Part shown: positions 45,517 to 54,342 of the stretch, piece after piece | Position numbering within the stretch: position 1 is the first letter of the stretch | Layout: the number at the start of each line of letters is the position of its first letter | Origin: an uncultured Myxococcales bacterium | Lineage (GTDB): Bacteria; Myxococcota_A; Polyangia; Nannocystales; Nannocystaceae | Assembly: GCA_902826865.1 (NCBI GenBank) | Contig: CADEGN010000004.1 | Span: 830-64,829 of the forward strand | Direction of reading: 5' to 3' | Length of the DNA: 64,000 bases | Notes under the pieces: model-generated | Seen by the model: only the letters and a program-made list of their open reading frames with translations | Databases searched by the model: none | What the model was told of the DNA's origin: nothing | Position numbers and translations under genes: made by a program

Positions 45517-47133
45517 ATGTCCACTTTGCAAACCGATCCTGCGATCCCCGACGTGTTGCGCGCCGCGCTGCTGCGCCGGGGTTTTGCTGAACTCACGTCC
45601 GTTCAGCGGGCCGTCTTAGAACCCGACGCCGTTGGGCGAAACCTTCGCATCTCGTCACAAACCGGATCCGGAAAGACCCTCGCGCTTGGCTTCGTGATCG
45701 CGCGCGAGCTCGGGGACGCCGCTTCGCTGCGCTCGCCCGTAGCGCTCGTCGTCACGCCCACGCGAGAGCTGGCCGTGCAGGTGCGCGACGAGTTGCGCTG
45801 GCTGTTCGCGGATATCCCGGGCGCGCGGGTCGAAGCCGTGACGGGCGGCACGGACATCGGCCGTGAGCGCATGCTTCTGCGCCGCGGCCCAGCCGTACTG
45901 GTAGCAACGCCGGGTCGGCTGCTGGACCACATTCGCCGCGGATCGTGCGAGTGCAAGGCGGTGCGACAGCTCGTGCTGGATGAAGCCGATCGCATGCTCG
46001 ACATGGGATTTCGCGAAGAGCTTGAGGCGATAGTGGCTGCGCTTCCTGCCGAACGACAGAGCCATCTCGTGTCGGCGACCTTCCCGCTCGCCGTGCGCAA
46101 GCTCGCCGATCGCGTACAAGTCGATGCCGTGCATTTGCAGGGAACGGTGCTCGGTACGGCGAACGTCGACATCGAGCACTGCGCCATGCTGGTCGAGCGA
46201 GGCGACGAGTACGCAGCGCTCGTCAACGAGCTTCTTCTCGCCCACGGTGAACGCGTGCTGGTGTTCGTCGAGCGTCGCGCGGAGACGCTCGAACTCGCCG
46301 AGCGCCTGGTCGCCGATGGCTTCGCGGTTCAGCCGTTCTCCGGCGAACTGAGCCAGCCACAACGGACGCGCACGCTCGACGCCTTTCGCAAGGGCGCGGT
46401 GGAGATCCTCGTGTCGACCGACGTCGCCGCCCGCGGCATCGACGTCCCCGACATCTCCTTGGTGATCCACTCCGCCCTCCCCGACGATGCCGACAGCTAT
46501 ACCCATCGCAGCGGTCGTACCGGCCGCGCGGGGCGCAAAGGCAAGAGCGTGCTCCTCGTGCCGGTGCGCGCCCGTGGTCGAGCTCGAGCGGTCTTGCAGG
46601 CGGCGAAGGTCGACGCCGTGTGGAGGCCGTTGCCGACGCGCGAGGAGATCCTCGAAGTGCTTGGCGAGCGCACGCGCGGGCGCGTCCACGACTTGCTGGA
46701 GAAGACGGCCGCACCTTCCCCGCGCAGCTTGGCCCAAGCGGCGCAATTGCTCGACGGCCGCGACGCGGTTGAGCTGGTGGCCACGCTCGTGGCGATGGCA
46801 AGCTCGGAGTTGCTGCCGCGCGAACCGCTAGCGACACGCTCGATCGCCGCTGACGATCGTCCGCGCCGGCCCCAACGCGATGCGCGCCCGCAGGGCCGCT
46901 TCGTGCGGTTCTCGATCAACTGGGGGCATCGAAAGGGGGCCACGCCCGCGCGGTTGCTTTCCCATGTCTGCCGCCGCGGCGAGATTGCGAGCGTGGAGAT
47001 CGGGGCGATTCAGATCGGCGATCGCTCCGCGACTTTCGAAGTTGCGGAGCGCGCGGCTGGTGACTTCGAGGAACGGGTGCGGATCCCCGATCGTCGGGAG
47101 CGCCACCTGCAGATCTCGCGTGACGACGGGTAG
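45517..47133 (+). CDS. DEAD-box ATP-dependent RNA helicase with DbpA-type C-terminal RNA-binding domain
   Basis: Q motif FAELTSVQ, SQTGSGKT, PTRELA, VLDEADRMLDMGF, SAT, HRSGRTGRAGRKG. The C-terminus FVRFSINWGHRKGATPARLL..IGAIQIGDRSATFEV is present. The start is 45517 or 45487. Confidence 0.9.
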   Translation: MSTLQTDPAIPDVLRAALLRRGFAELTSVQRAVLEPDAVGRNLRISSQTGSGKTLALGFVIARELGDAASLRSPVALVVTPTRELAVQVRDELRWLFADIPGARVEAVTGGTDIGRERMLLRRGPAVLVATPGRLLDHIRRGSCECKAVRQLVLDEADRMLDMGFREELEAIVAALPAERQSHLVSATFPLAVRKLADRVQVDAVHLQGTVLGTANVDIEHCAMLVERGDEYAALVNELLLAHGERVLVFVERRAETLELAERLVADGFAVQPFSGELSQPQRTRTLDAFRKGAVEILVSTDVAARGIDVPDISLVIHSALPDDADSYTHRSGRTGRAGRKGKSVLLVPVRARGRARAVLQAAKVDAVWRPLPTREEILEVLGERTRGRVHDLLEKTAAPSPRSLAQAAQLLDGRDAVELVATLVAMASSELLPREPLATRSIAADDRPRRPQRDARPQGRFVRFSINWGHRKGATPARLLSHVCRRGEIASVEIGAIQIGDRSATFEVAERAAGDFEERVRIPDRRERHLQISRDDG

Positions 47134-47162
47134 AGCGCCGTCCCGGCGGCACGCGTGATCGG

Positions 47163-47966
47163 TCACGCGCCTGGCACGAGCTCGAACCAGGAGTCGCTCG
47201 ATTGGTCGGGGAATGCCAGCGACAGGCGATCGGCGGCCCGGCAGTGACGGAGCACGAACATCGGGCCCTCGTCGGATTGGAGCACCAGCTGGCCCTGCTC
47301 GGCGAAGGTAAATGCGCCCATCGAAGCGGTGCTCGCCGTGAAGGAGCAACTGCACGAGGTGCGGTCTACGATCGAACACTCGATCGCCTCGGTCGTGTCG
47401 GTGACGAGCTGAGTCAGGCTGCGGCAGGCGTCGAGCGGCGCAGACGCCGCTACCGATTGTGCGCACGTGACGGGCGCTTCAAGCCAGCCGTGATCTTCGC
47501 GCTCGATCGTCCAGGTCGCCTCGGCCTGCGAGAACGTTAGATCCAGCGTCGTCACAGTGGTCTCGTTGCCAGCGACACCGTCGGCGCAGCTCGGCTCGCG
47601 GAAGTCGATGGTGTCAAGATCGAGCAGACCGACCTCAAACGCCCACGACCCACAGCTGTCATCGAGGTGCCAGTTGCTGTCGGCAACCGACGCCGCGCAG
47701 GGCTCCCAGGCGACACACATTGGCGCGCCCACGTCAGGGGCGGTCGCCGTGGTCTCGGCGCCGTCTGCCTCGGCTGCTCCCCCCGACGTCGACGAGGAGG
47801 GCGAGCCGGTCGTGTCACTCAAGGGCTTGGTGTCCGATGATTCGCTCTCGGAGGGCCGGCCCGTCGTCGCGTCGCTCGAGCCGCCGGCATCGCCCGAAGA
47901 TGACGTTCCGGCACAGGCGCCGGCGAGGGCAACGTGCAGTGAAACCAGCGTGATTCGAATATCCAT
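47163..47966 (-). CDS. Hypothetical lipoprotein
   Basis: ATG 47966 gives MDIRITLVSLHVALAGAC, followed by a Ser/Gly/Thr linker and a Cys-containing globular part. Confidence 0.6.
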   Translation of the reverse strand: MDIRITLVSLHVALAGACAGTSSSGDAGGSSDATTGRPSESESSDTKPLSDTTGSPSSSTSGGAAEADGAETTATAPDVGAPMCVAWEPCAASVADSNWHLDDSCGSWAFEVGLLDLDTIDFREPSCADGVAGNETTVTTLDLTFSQAEATWTIEREDHGWLEAPVTCAQSVAASAPLDACRSLTQLVTDTTEAIECSIVDRTSCSCSFTASTASMGAFTFAEQGQLVLQSDEGPMFVLRHCRAADRLSLAFPDQSSDSWFELVPGA

Positions 47967-48179
47967 AACGTCTCCCGGCTTTGAGCACGCCCCTCGCTCG
48001 GGACGATTCACGCCGGCGCGGAGCATGACATCGGAGGTACGAGGAAGCGGCTTAACGCCGCTTAATTCGGAGCCGCACCCGCGTCCTCATCGGCGGGGGA
48101 CTTCGCGTCGGTCGCCGGATCGCAAACGCGACGGGTGGTTGCTCCACGCCGCGGCCGCATCGCAACTCAGAAATGCACG

Positions 48180-49571
48180 TTAGCGAGGTCGACGGCGACG
48201 ACGCAGGCCGATCCCCAGGCCCAGGGTCATCCACCCGAACCCACCAACGCCGGTGGGATCGCTGCTGCACGCGCAGCCCAGATCGCTTTCGTCACCGCCG
48301 AAGCCGGGCGGCAAGGCGCCGCCTCCACCATCCTCAAAGGCTGCTCCGTCGTCGCCCGGGCCGCCGCCGTCGCCCGCCTCCGACCCGCCACCGGTGCCTC
48401 CCCCATCTCCGCCGGGGCTACCACTTTCCGACGCGTCGCCGCCCTCGTCTGCGGCCGGATTGCTCGACACGGTGACCGTGATCGTGTTGCTCGTCGTCAT
48501 GTTGCCAGAAACGTCGTAGGCCTCGACGTAGAACTCGTACGAGCCCTCGGGCGCGTTCGTGACCCCCCAGCCGTACGGGGCGGTCGCGTCGCTCTCGAAC
48601 TCATCGCCGTTGTAGAACAGCACGAGCTGCTCGATGCCGCTGCCGACGTCGTTCGCTTCTACGACAATGTCGAAGTCGGCGCCTACTTCAAACGTATCGC
48701 CATCGCTGGGTGCTGTGATCTGCACGGTCGGAGGCGCGTCGTCGGGGGCCGAAGCTCCGAACAGGTTGAGCAGCTCTTGGTGAGCGTTTTGTTGGCTGCT
48801 GCTGCCGCAGTTGGCTGCGTGTTGAGAGCCGCAAATGATGCCCCCGGTGATGCCGATGCACTCATCCGAGAAAATCGGATCTCCGCCGGCGTTGAACGGG
48901 TTCATGATGTCTCCCGGCTCGTCGACGTGCTCAAGACCGTACGAGTGCGCGACCTCCTGGCCAATCGTCGTCGCCTGGGTCGAGGCATCGAAGTTGTCGT
49001 TGGCGGAGAAGAACGCGAATGTGATGTTGCTGTGGGTCTGCTCGTCGTCGCAATCGACTGGCGCAATGCCGAGCACTCCGCCACCGAAGGGGTTGGTCGG
49101 ACCGATCATGTTCATCGTGTATTCGCCGCTCGCCGGGCGCGAGTCGGTCACCACCACGTTGTAGGCGGCCCAGTCGTTGCGAACGGCTTGCATCACCGCG
49201 TCGCGCTTCGGTCCGTTGCCGTAGGCGGCGAAAGATCCGACGCACTCGTCGATCTGGGTGACGTCGTTCTGCGCGTCGTCCCATCCGCCGCTGAGATTCG
49301 CGCCGTCAAAGTTGACGAAGATGCGGCCCTGGCTGGCTGCCTTCGGCCCCACTCGCGCGTTCATGCGTGGCGCCTGCGCGGGTACAGGCACCGGATCTCC
49401 GCGGTACTGACCCAGCCCGTGCGCTTCGAGCTCCGCGCGCGACATATCCCAGGTAGCCGGGCGCTCGTCGCCTGCGACGGCGGTCAAGGGAACGAGCATA
49501 ACGATCAGCGAGATGTGGAACCGGCGTATTTGCTTGGCTCGACCATCGCGTTCTGGGGGGGGCAGTCGCAT
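48180..49571 (-). CDS. Secreted metzincin-like protein (QExxHxxGxxH plus Met-turn) with Ig-like domain and MYXO-CTERM tail, copy 1
   Basis: Signal peptide ..LVPLTAVAG. TTIGQEVAHSYGLEHVDEPGDIMNP is the metzincin layout with Gln in place of the first His. An Ig-like module is present (APPTVQITAPSDGDTF..ITVTVS). The tail is LGCACSS..GWMTLGLGIGLRRRRRPR (Gly-Cys, TM, Arg cluster). Confidence 0.8.
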   Translation of the reverse strand: MRLPPPERDGRAKQIRRFHISLIVMLVPLTAVAGDERPATWDMSRAELEAHGLGQYRGDPVPVPAQAPRMNARVGPKAASQGRIFVNFDGANLSGGWDDAQNDVTQIDECVGSFAAYGNGPKRDAVMQAVRNDWAAYNVVVTDSRPASGEYTMNMIGPTNPFGGGVLGIAPVDCDDEQTHSNITFAFFSANDNFDASTQATTIGQEVAHSYGLEHVDEPGDIMNPFNAGGDPIFSDECIGITGGIICGSQHAANCGSSSQQNAHQELLNLFGASAPDDAPPTVQITAPSDGDTFEVGADFDIVVEANDVGSGIEQLVLFYNGDEFESDATAPYGWGVTNAPEGSYEFYVEAYDVSGNMTTSNTITVTVSSNPAADEGGDASESGSPGGDGGGTGGGSEAGDGGGPGDDGAAFEDGGGGALPPGFGGDESDLGCACSSDPTGVGGFGWMTLGLGIGLRRRRRPR

Positions 49572-49985
49572 GGTGGTCTCCTCGGGTTGGACGCGCTCGA
49601 CAGTCGAAGACGTCGCGCAGACAGACTTTCTCAGTCGTCACGATACATAGGCTCGTCGCACTGATGCAAGCACCATCGAGTGCGAACGAGCGAGCGGTTG
49701 CCACAACTGCTGATCGTCGGGGGGCTTGCGGTCTCACTTCGCACGCTCGGTTCGAATTGCCCCGACGAGGGCGCCCTGATTGTCGCCGGATCGCCGGCCG
49801 CTCAAGCGCCACTTCAAGTCCGCGTGATCAGCTCGTTGTTGGGGCCGGACGCGGTGGTGCGCGACAAATCGCCGCTTGGCTAGCCGCTGCTTCGCGTCCG
49901 TCGATATCGCCTTGAGCGAGAGCTTGGTTGGGGTTGCGGCAGGAGGAGATGCGCGCAAAAAAATGGTTTGGCGACTGCCGTCCAT

Positions 49986-50092
49986 GTCGGCTAGCCCCCA
50001 TCTCTTCCGTCTCTTCGGCGGTTTGAACTGCCTTGGAGGGCGGCGATGCCGCGCGGGCGGGCTAGCAGCTAGAGATCAGAACTTCGCCCGCC
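49986..50092 (-). pseudogene. Truncated copy of the apbE 3' end, carried along by the tandem duplication
   Basis: Matches 51935-52088 (..GEVLISTGL.. to the stop and flank) with an internal deletion of about 50 bp. It ends exactly at the duplication junction. Confidence 0.6.
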
Positions 50093-50115
50093 GCATCGCA
50101 ACTTTGAAACGAACG

Positions 50116-51498
50116 CTAGCGAGGTCGACGGCGACGACGCAGGCCGATCCCCAGGCCCAGGGTCATCCACCCGAACCCACCAACGCCGGTGGGATCGCTG
50201 CTGCACGCGCAGCCCAGATCGCCCTCGTCACCGCCGAAGCCGGGCGGCAACGCGCCGCCTCCACCATCCTCAAAGGCTGCTCCGTCGTCGCCCGGGCCAC
50301 CGCCGTCGCCCGCCGACCCGCCACCGGTGCCTCCCCCGTCTCCGCCGGGGTTACCACCGTCCGCCGCGTCACCGCCATCGTCTGCGGACGGATTGCTCGA
50401 CACGGTGACCGTGATCGTGTTGCTCGTCGTCACGTTGCCAGAAACGTCCTGGGCCTCGACGTAGAACTCGTACGTGCCCTCGGGCGCGTTCGTGACCCCC
50501 CAGCCGTACGGCGAGGTCGCGTCGCTCTGGAACTCATCGCCGTTGTAGAACAGCACGAGCTGCTCGATGCCGCTGCCGACGTCGTTCGCTTCTACGACAA
50601 TGTCGAAGTCGGCGCCTACTTCAAACGTATCGCCATCGCTGGGTGCTGTGATCTGCACGGTCGGAGGCGCGTCGTCGGGGGCCGAAGCTCCGAACAGGTT
50701 GAGCAGCTCTTGGTGAGCGTTTTGTTGGCTGCTGCTGCCGCAGTTGGCTGCGTGTTGAGAGCCGCAAATGATGCCCCCGGTGATGCCGATGCACTCATCC
50801 GAGAAAATCGGATCTCCGCCGGCGTTGAACGGGTTCATGATGTCTCCCGGCTCGTCGACGTGCTCAAGACCGTACGAGTGCGCGACCTCCTGGCCAATCG
50901 TCGTCGCCTGGGTCGAGGCATCGAAGTTGTCGTTGGCGGAGAAGAACGCGAATGTGATGTTGCTGTGGGTCTGCTCGTCGTCGCAATCGACTGGCGCAAT
51001 GCCGAGCACTCCGCCACCGAAGGGGTTGGTCGGACCGATCATGTTCATCGTGTATTCGCCGCTCGCCGGGCGCGAGTCGGTCACCACCACGTTGTAGGCG
51101 GCCCAGTCGTTGCGAACGGCTTGCATCACCGCGTCGCGCTTCGGTCCGTTGCCGTAGGCGGCGAAAGATCCGACGCACTCGTCGATCTGGGTGACGTCGT
51201 TCTGCGCGTCGTCCCATCCGCCGCTGAGATTCGCGCCGTCAAAGTTGACGAAGATGCGGCCCTGGCTGGCTGCCTTCGGCCCCACTCGCGCGTTCATGCG
51301 TGGCGCCTGCGCGGGTACAGGCACCGGATCTCCGCGGTACTGACCCAGCCCGTGCGCTTCGAGCTCCGCGCGCGACATATCCCAGGTAGCCGGGCGTTCG
51401 TCGCCTGCGACGGCGGTCAACGGAATGAGCATGAGGATCAGCGAGATGTGGAACCGGTGTATGGCTCGACCATGGCGTTCTGGGGGGGGCAGTCGCAT
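50116..51498 (-). CDS. Secreted metzincin-like protein with Ig-like domain and MYXO-CTERM tail, copy 2
   Basis: Paralogue of 48180..49571. It is identical over roughly residues 29-325 and diverges in the signal peptide, Ig-like domain and linker. The start is taken at ATG 51498 (MRLPPPERHG..); the track ORF extends to 51633. Confidence 0.8.
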   Translation of the reverse strand: MRLPPPERHGRAIHRFHISLILMLIPLTAVAGDERPATWDMSRAELEAHGLGQYRGDPVPVPAQAPRMNARVGPKAASQGRIFVNFDGANLSGGWDDAQNDVTQIDECVGSFAAYGNGPKRDAVMQAVRNDWAAYNVVVTDSRPASGEYTMNMIGPTNPFGGGVLGIAPVDCDDEQTHSNITFAFFSANDNFDASTQATTIGQEVAHSYGLEHVDEPGDIMNPFNAGGDPIFSDECIGITGGIICGSQHAANCGSSSQQNAHQELLNLFGASAPDDAPPTVQITAPSDGDTFEVGADFDIVVEANDVGSGIEQLVLFYNGDEFQSDATSPYGWGVTNAPEGTYEFYVEAQDVSGNVTTSNTITVTVSSNPSADDGGDAADGGNPGGDGGGTGGGSAGDGGGPGDDGAAFEDGGGGALPPGFGGDEGDLGCACSSDPTGVGGFGWMTLGLGIGLRRRRRPR

Positions 51499-51937
51499 GG
51501 TGGTCTCCTCGGGTTGGACGCGCGCGACACTCGAACACGTCGCGCAGACAGACTTTCTCAGTCGTGACGATACATAGGCTCGTCGCGCCGATGCAAGCAC
51601 CATCGAGTTCGAACGATCGAGCAGTTGCCACAACTGTTGATCGTCGGGGGGCTTGCGCCCTCACTTCGCAGGCTCGGTCCGAATTGCCCCGGCGAGAGGG
51701 CTCTGATTGTCGCCGGATCGCCGGCCGTTCAAGCGCCACTTCGAGTGCGCGTGATCAGCTCGTTGTTGCGGCCGGATGCGGCGCTGCGGCGACAATCTCC
51801 ACTTGGCTCGCCGTCACCCTAGAAGGGTTGGCGAGAGCTCGCGTCCGTCGGTATCGCCTCCAGCGAGAGCCTCGTTGGGGTTGCGGCAGGGGGAGAAGCG
51901 GGCCAAGCGGGGGTTTGGCAGCTGCCGTCCATGTCGG

Positions 51938-53167
51938 CTAGCCCGCATCTTTTCCGTCTGTTCCGGGGTTTGAACTGCCGTGCGAGGCAGCACCCTTGGA
52001 GGGCGGCGATGCCGCGCGGGCCGGGTCGTGCTCCGGTGCCCAGATGAATCGATCGAGCAATCCCGTGGAGATCAGAACTTCGCCCGCCCTGGTGATCAAG
52101 ATGGCCTCGAGGTCGGCCTGACGCTCGACAAATCGCATGCCCTCTACAGGTCCCATCACCGCAATCGCGGTGGTGAGCGCGTCCGCATCGGTCGCGTTGG
52201 GCGCGACCGCGGTCACGCTCTTGCAGGACTTCGACTCCTCGACAGGGTAACCGGTGCGGGGGTCGAGGATGTGCGCGTAGCGTTTGCCCTCGAACTCGAA
52301 GAAGCGCTCGTAGTCGCCCGACGTCACCACAGAAATATCGCTGCTTGGCAGGGCACCGATCACACCCTTGCGATCAGGGTCTTGGATGCCAACCATCCAT
52401 GGCTTCCCACCCTTCGTCCCCGAGACGTAGGTGTCGCCGCCGCCTTCCACCACGTGGTTGACGAAGCCGCGCGCGCGCAACAGCTCCGACGCCTGGTCGA
52501 CGGCATAGCCCTTGGCGATTGCGCCGAGCCCGACCATCATGCCCGGCTTGGCCAGCCGTGCCTTTCTGGTCGCCGGATCGAGCTCGATTGCACGCCAACC
52601 GACAAGCGGGAGCTTCGCCGCGATGTCCTCCGGACTTGGAGGGCGCGCCCCGGGCTTGAACGACCACAGCTGCCCCACGCCGTGAAACGAGATGTCGAAC
52701 GCGCCGTCGCTGATCCGGCTTACTTCGACGGAACGCTCCAACACACGGAATAGCTCCGGTGACACAACAAGCGCTTCGCCACCTGCTGCGGCGTTCAGGC
52801 GCGACACCTCGCTTGTCGGTTGCCACTCGCTCATGACCGTCTCCAGCCGCGCGATCTCGTCGAACGCGGCTTGCATCGCCTCGCCGGCTTCGGCGGCCGA
52901 GTGTCCAGGGTCCAGCCAGAGGTTGATCGACACGTGGGTGCCCATGAGCTCGCCGTCGGCGAAGATCGTTCCGTCGGCGCGAACGGGCGGAGGATCCCCG
53001 CGCTCGCGAGGCGGAGGATCCGGCGGCGCAGGCGTGAGGGGCGTGGCGAGAGCTGATGTTTGAGGGGGTGCTGTGGCGGCCGGTGGTGGATCACCGCACG
53101 CGAGGGTGAGCGCGATCGCGACCAGGTGGGCGCGCGGGCGAAGACCACGAGACGACGGTCTGCGGAT
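51938..53167 (-). CDS. apbE: FAD:protein FMN transferase (ApbE family) lipoprotein
   Basis: ..LMGTHVSINLW.., SEVSRLN, GAFDIS, GLGAIAKGYAVD, GGDTYVSG, VVTSGDYERFF, YAHILDPRTGYP, ADALTTAI. Lipobox LVAIALTLAC. The start is unresolved: there is no ATG/GTG/TTG just upstream of the lipobox, and the track ORF runs to 53488, antisense to the M28 gene. Confidence 0.8.
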   Translation of the reverse strand: MRRPSSRGLRPRAHLVAIALTLACGDPPPAATAPPQTSALATPLTPAPPDPPPRERGDPPPVRADGTIFADGELMGTHVSINLWLDPGHSAAEAGEAMQAAFDEIARLETVMSEWQPTSEVSRLNAAAGGEALVVSPELFRVLERSVEVSRISDGAFDISFHGVGQLWSFKPGARPPSPEDIAAKLPLVGWRAIELDPATRKARLAKPGMMVGLGAIAKGYAVDQASELLRARGFVNHVVEGGGDTYVSGTKGGKPWMVGIQDPDRKGVIGALPSSDISVVTSGDYERFFEFEGKRYAHILDPRTGYPVEESKSCKSVTAVAPNATDADALTTAIAVMGPVEGMRFVERQADLEAILITRAGEVLISTGLLDRFIWAPEHDPARAASPPSKGAASHGSSNPGTDGKDAG

Positions 53168-53174
53168 CGAGGAG

Positions 53175-54317
53175 ATGGCCGAAGCGTTGCCCAGGGCGAT
53201 GGACGCCGCAACAGGGCGCGCGTATTTTGCCGCCGTGCTGTGGCGGGTCACGGTCGCCGTGGTTTGGCTCGGGGGCGCCCTCGGCGGGGTCGCGGGATGC
53301 CGAAGCGCGTCGCAGGGCGACCAGGAGCCAGCGGCGGCGGCCCCCGCCAGCCCGCCGGCGCCCAGCGACGCGATCGGGGCAAAGCTCGCCGTCGTGTCCG
53401 ACGCTGCCACGATCGCGGGCATCGATGCCGCTGCCCTACGCCGCCACGTCGAGGCTCTTGCGTCGGATGCCAACGCCGGTCGAGCCACACCCTCGCCGGG
53501 TCTCGCCGCGGCTGCGGACTACCTCGTTGCGAGTTTCGGCACCGTCGGTCTCGAGGCCCCGGGCGCGGCGCCCGGCTATCGCCAGAGTTTCGCATGCGGT
53601 GTCTCCGAAGCCGGGCTCGCGAGCAACCTTGTCGGTGTGCTGCGCGGCCGCGACCCCGACGTCGCCCACCAGTTCGTGATCGTCTCGGCCCACTACGATC
53701 ACATCGGTATCGATGACGACGAAGGGGATGGGATCTACAACGGGGCCAACGACAACGCCAGCGGCGTCGCGGCGATGCTGGAGATCGCGCGGGTGTTTGC
53801 GCGAGCGCGCCCGCGTCGGTCGGTGGCCTTCGTCGCGTTTTGCGGCGAGGAGACGGGCCTGCGCGGCTCGAAATACTGGATTGAAGCGCCTCCGTTGTCG
53901 ATCGCCGACACCATCGCCGTCGTGAATCTCGAGATGCTCGGGCGCCCTGGGGTGACGCCAAGGCGCGCGTGGATCACAGGAAAGTCGTACTCCGATCTTG
54001 GTGCGACGTTCGACGCCGCGGGTGTCGAGATTGGTTTCGAGTTTCCCGACGGCGCCGACGTTGGACGGACCGAGGGCAACCTATTCGAGCGCTCGGACAA
54101 CTGGCCGTTCGCCGCGGCCGGAGTGGTCGCCCACTCGGTTTCGGCAGGCGTGCTGGACGCCTATTACCATCATGTCGACGATGAGCCCGAATCGCTCGAG
54201 TATGAAGCGATGGCGGCCGTGGTAGGAGCGATTGCCTGGGCGAGCTGGCGAATTGCCGAGGCCGAGACAATCCCGCAGTGGACGCGCGCGGGCCGAGAAC
54301 GAATCGGGCGCGAGTGA
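53175..54317 (+). CDS. M28-family zinc aminopeptidase lipoprotein
   Basis: Signal/lipobox ..VVWLGGALGGVAGC. VSAHYDHIG, NGANDNASGVAAMLE, FCGEETGLRGS, NLEMLG. The start is 53175 or 53199. Confidence 0.8.
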   Translation: MAEALPRAMDAATGRAYFAAVLWRVTVAVVWLGGALGGVAGCRSASQGDQEPAAAAPASPPAPSDAIGAKLAVVSDAATIAGIDAAALRRHVEALASDANAGRATPSPGLAAAADYLVASFGTVGLEAPGAAPGYRQSFACGVSEAGLASNLVGVLRGRDPDVAHQFVIVSAHYDHIGIDDDEGDGIYNGANDNASGVAAMLEIARVFARARPRRSVAFVAFCGEETGLRGSKYWIEAPPLSIADTIAVVNLEMLGRPGVTPRRAWITGKSYSDLGATFDAAGVEIGFEFPDGADVGRTEGNLFERSDNWPFAAAGVVAHSVSAGVLDAYYHHVDDEPESLEYEAMAAVVGAIAWASWRIAEAETIPQWTRAGRERIGRE

Positions 54318-54342
54318 CAGCCCGGCCGCGCCCGGCCAGGTT

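Larger units (their letters stand above)
48157..52088. repeat. Tandem duplication, two units of about 1.94 and 2.0 kb
   Basis: Unit 1 is 48157-50092 and unit 2 is 50093-52088. The junction is cttcgcccgcc|gcatcgcaac. ORF offsets between the copies are 1933-1936 bp. Confidence 0.85.

Noticed and set aside
48157-52088. The duplicated protease region as an assembly artefact (repeat mis-expansion)
   Set aside because: The two units differ by many substitutions and indels in their flanks and carry a distinct junction with a truncated apbE fragment. A simple duplication artefact would not produce this. Read-level confirmation is still advisable.
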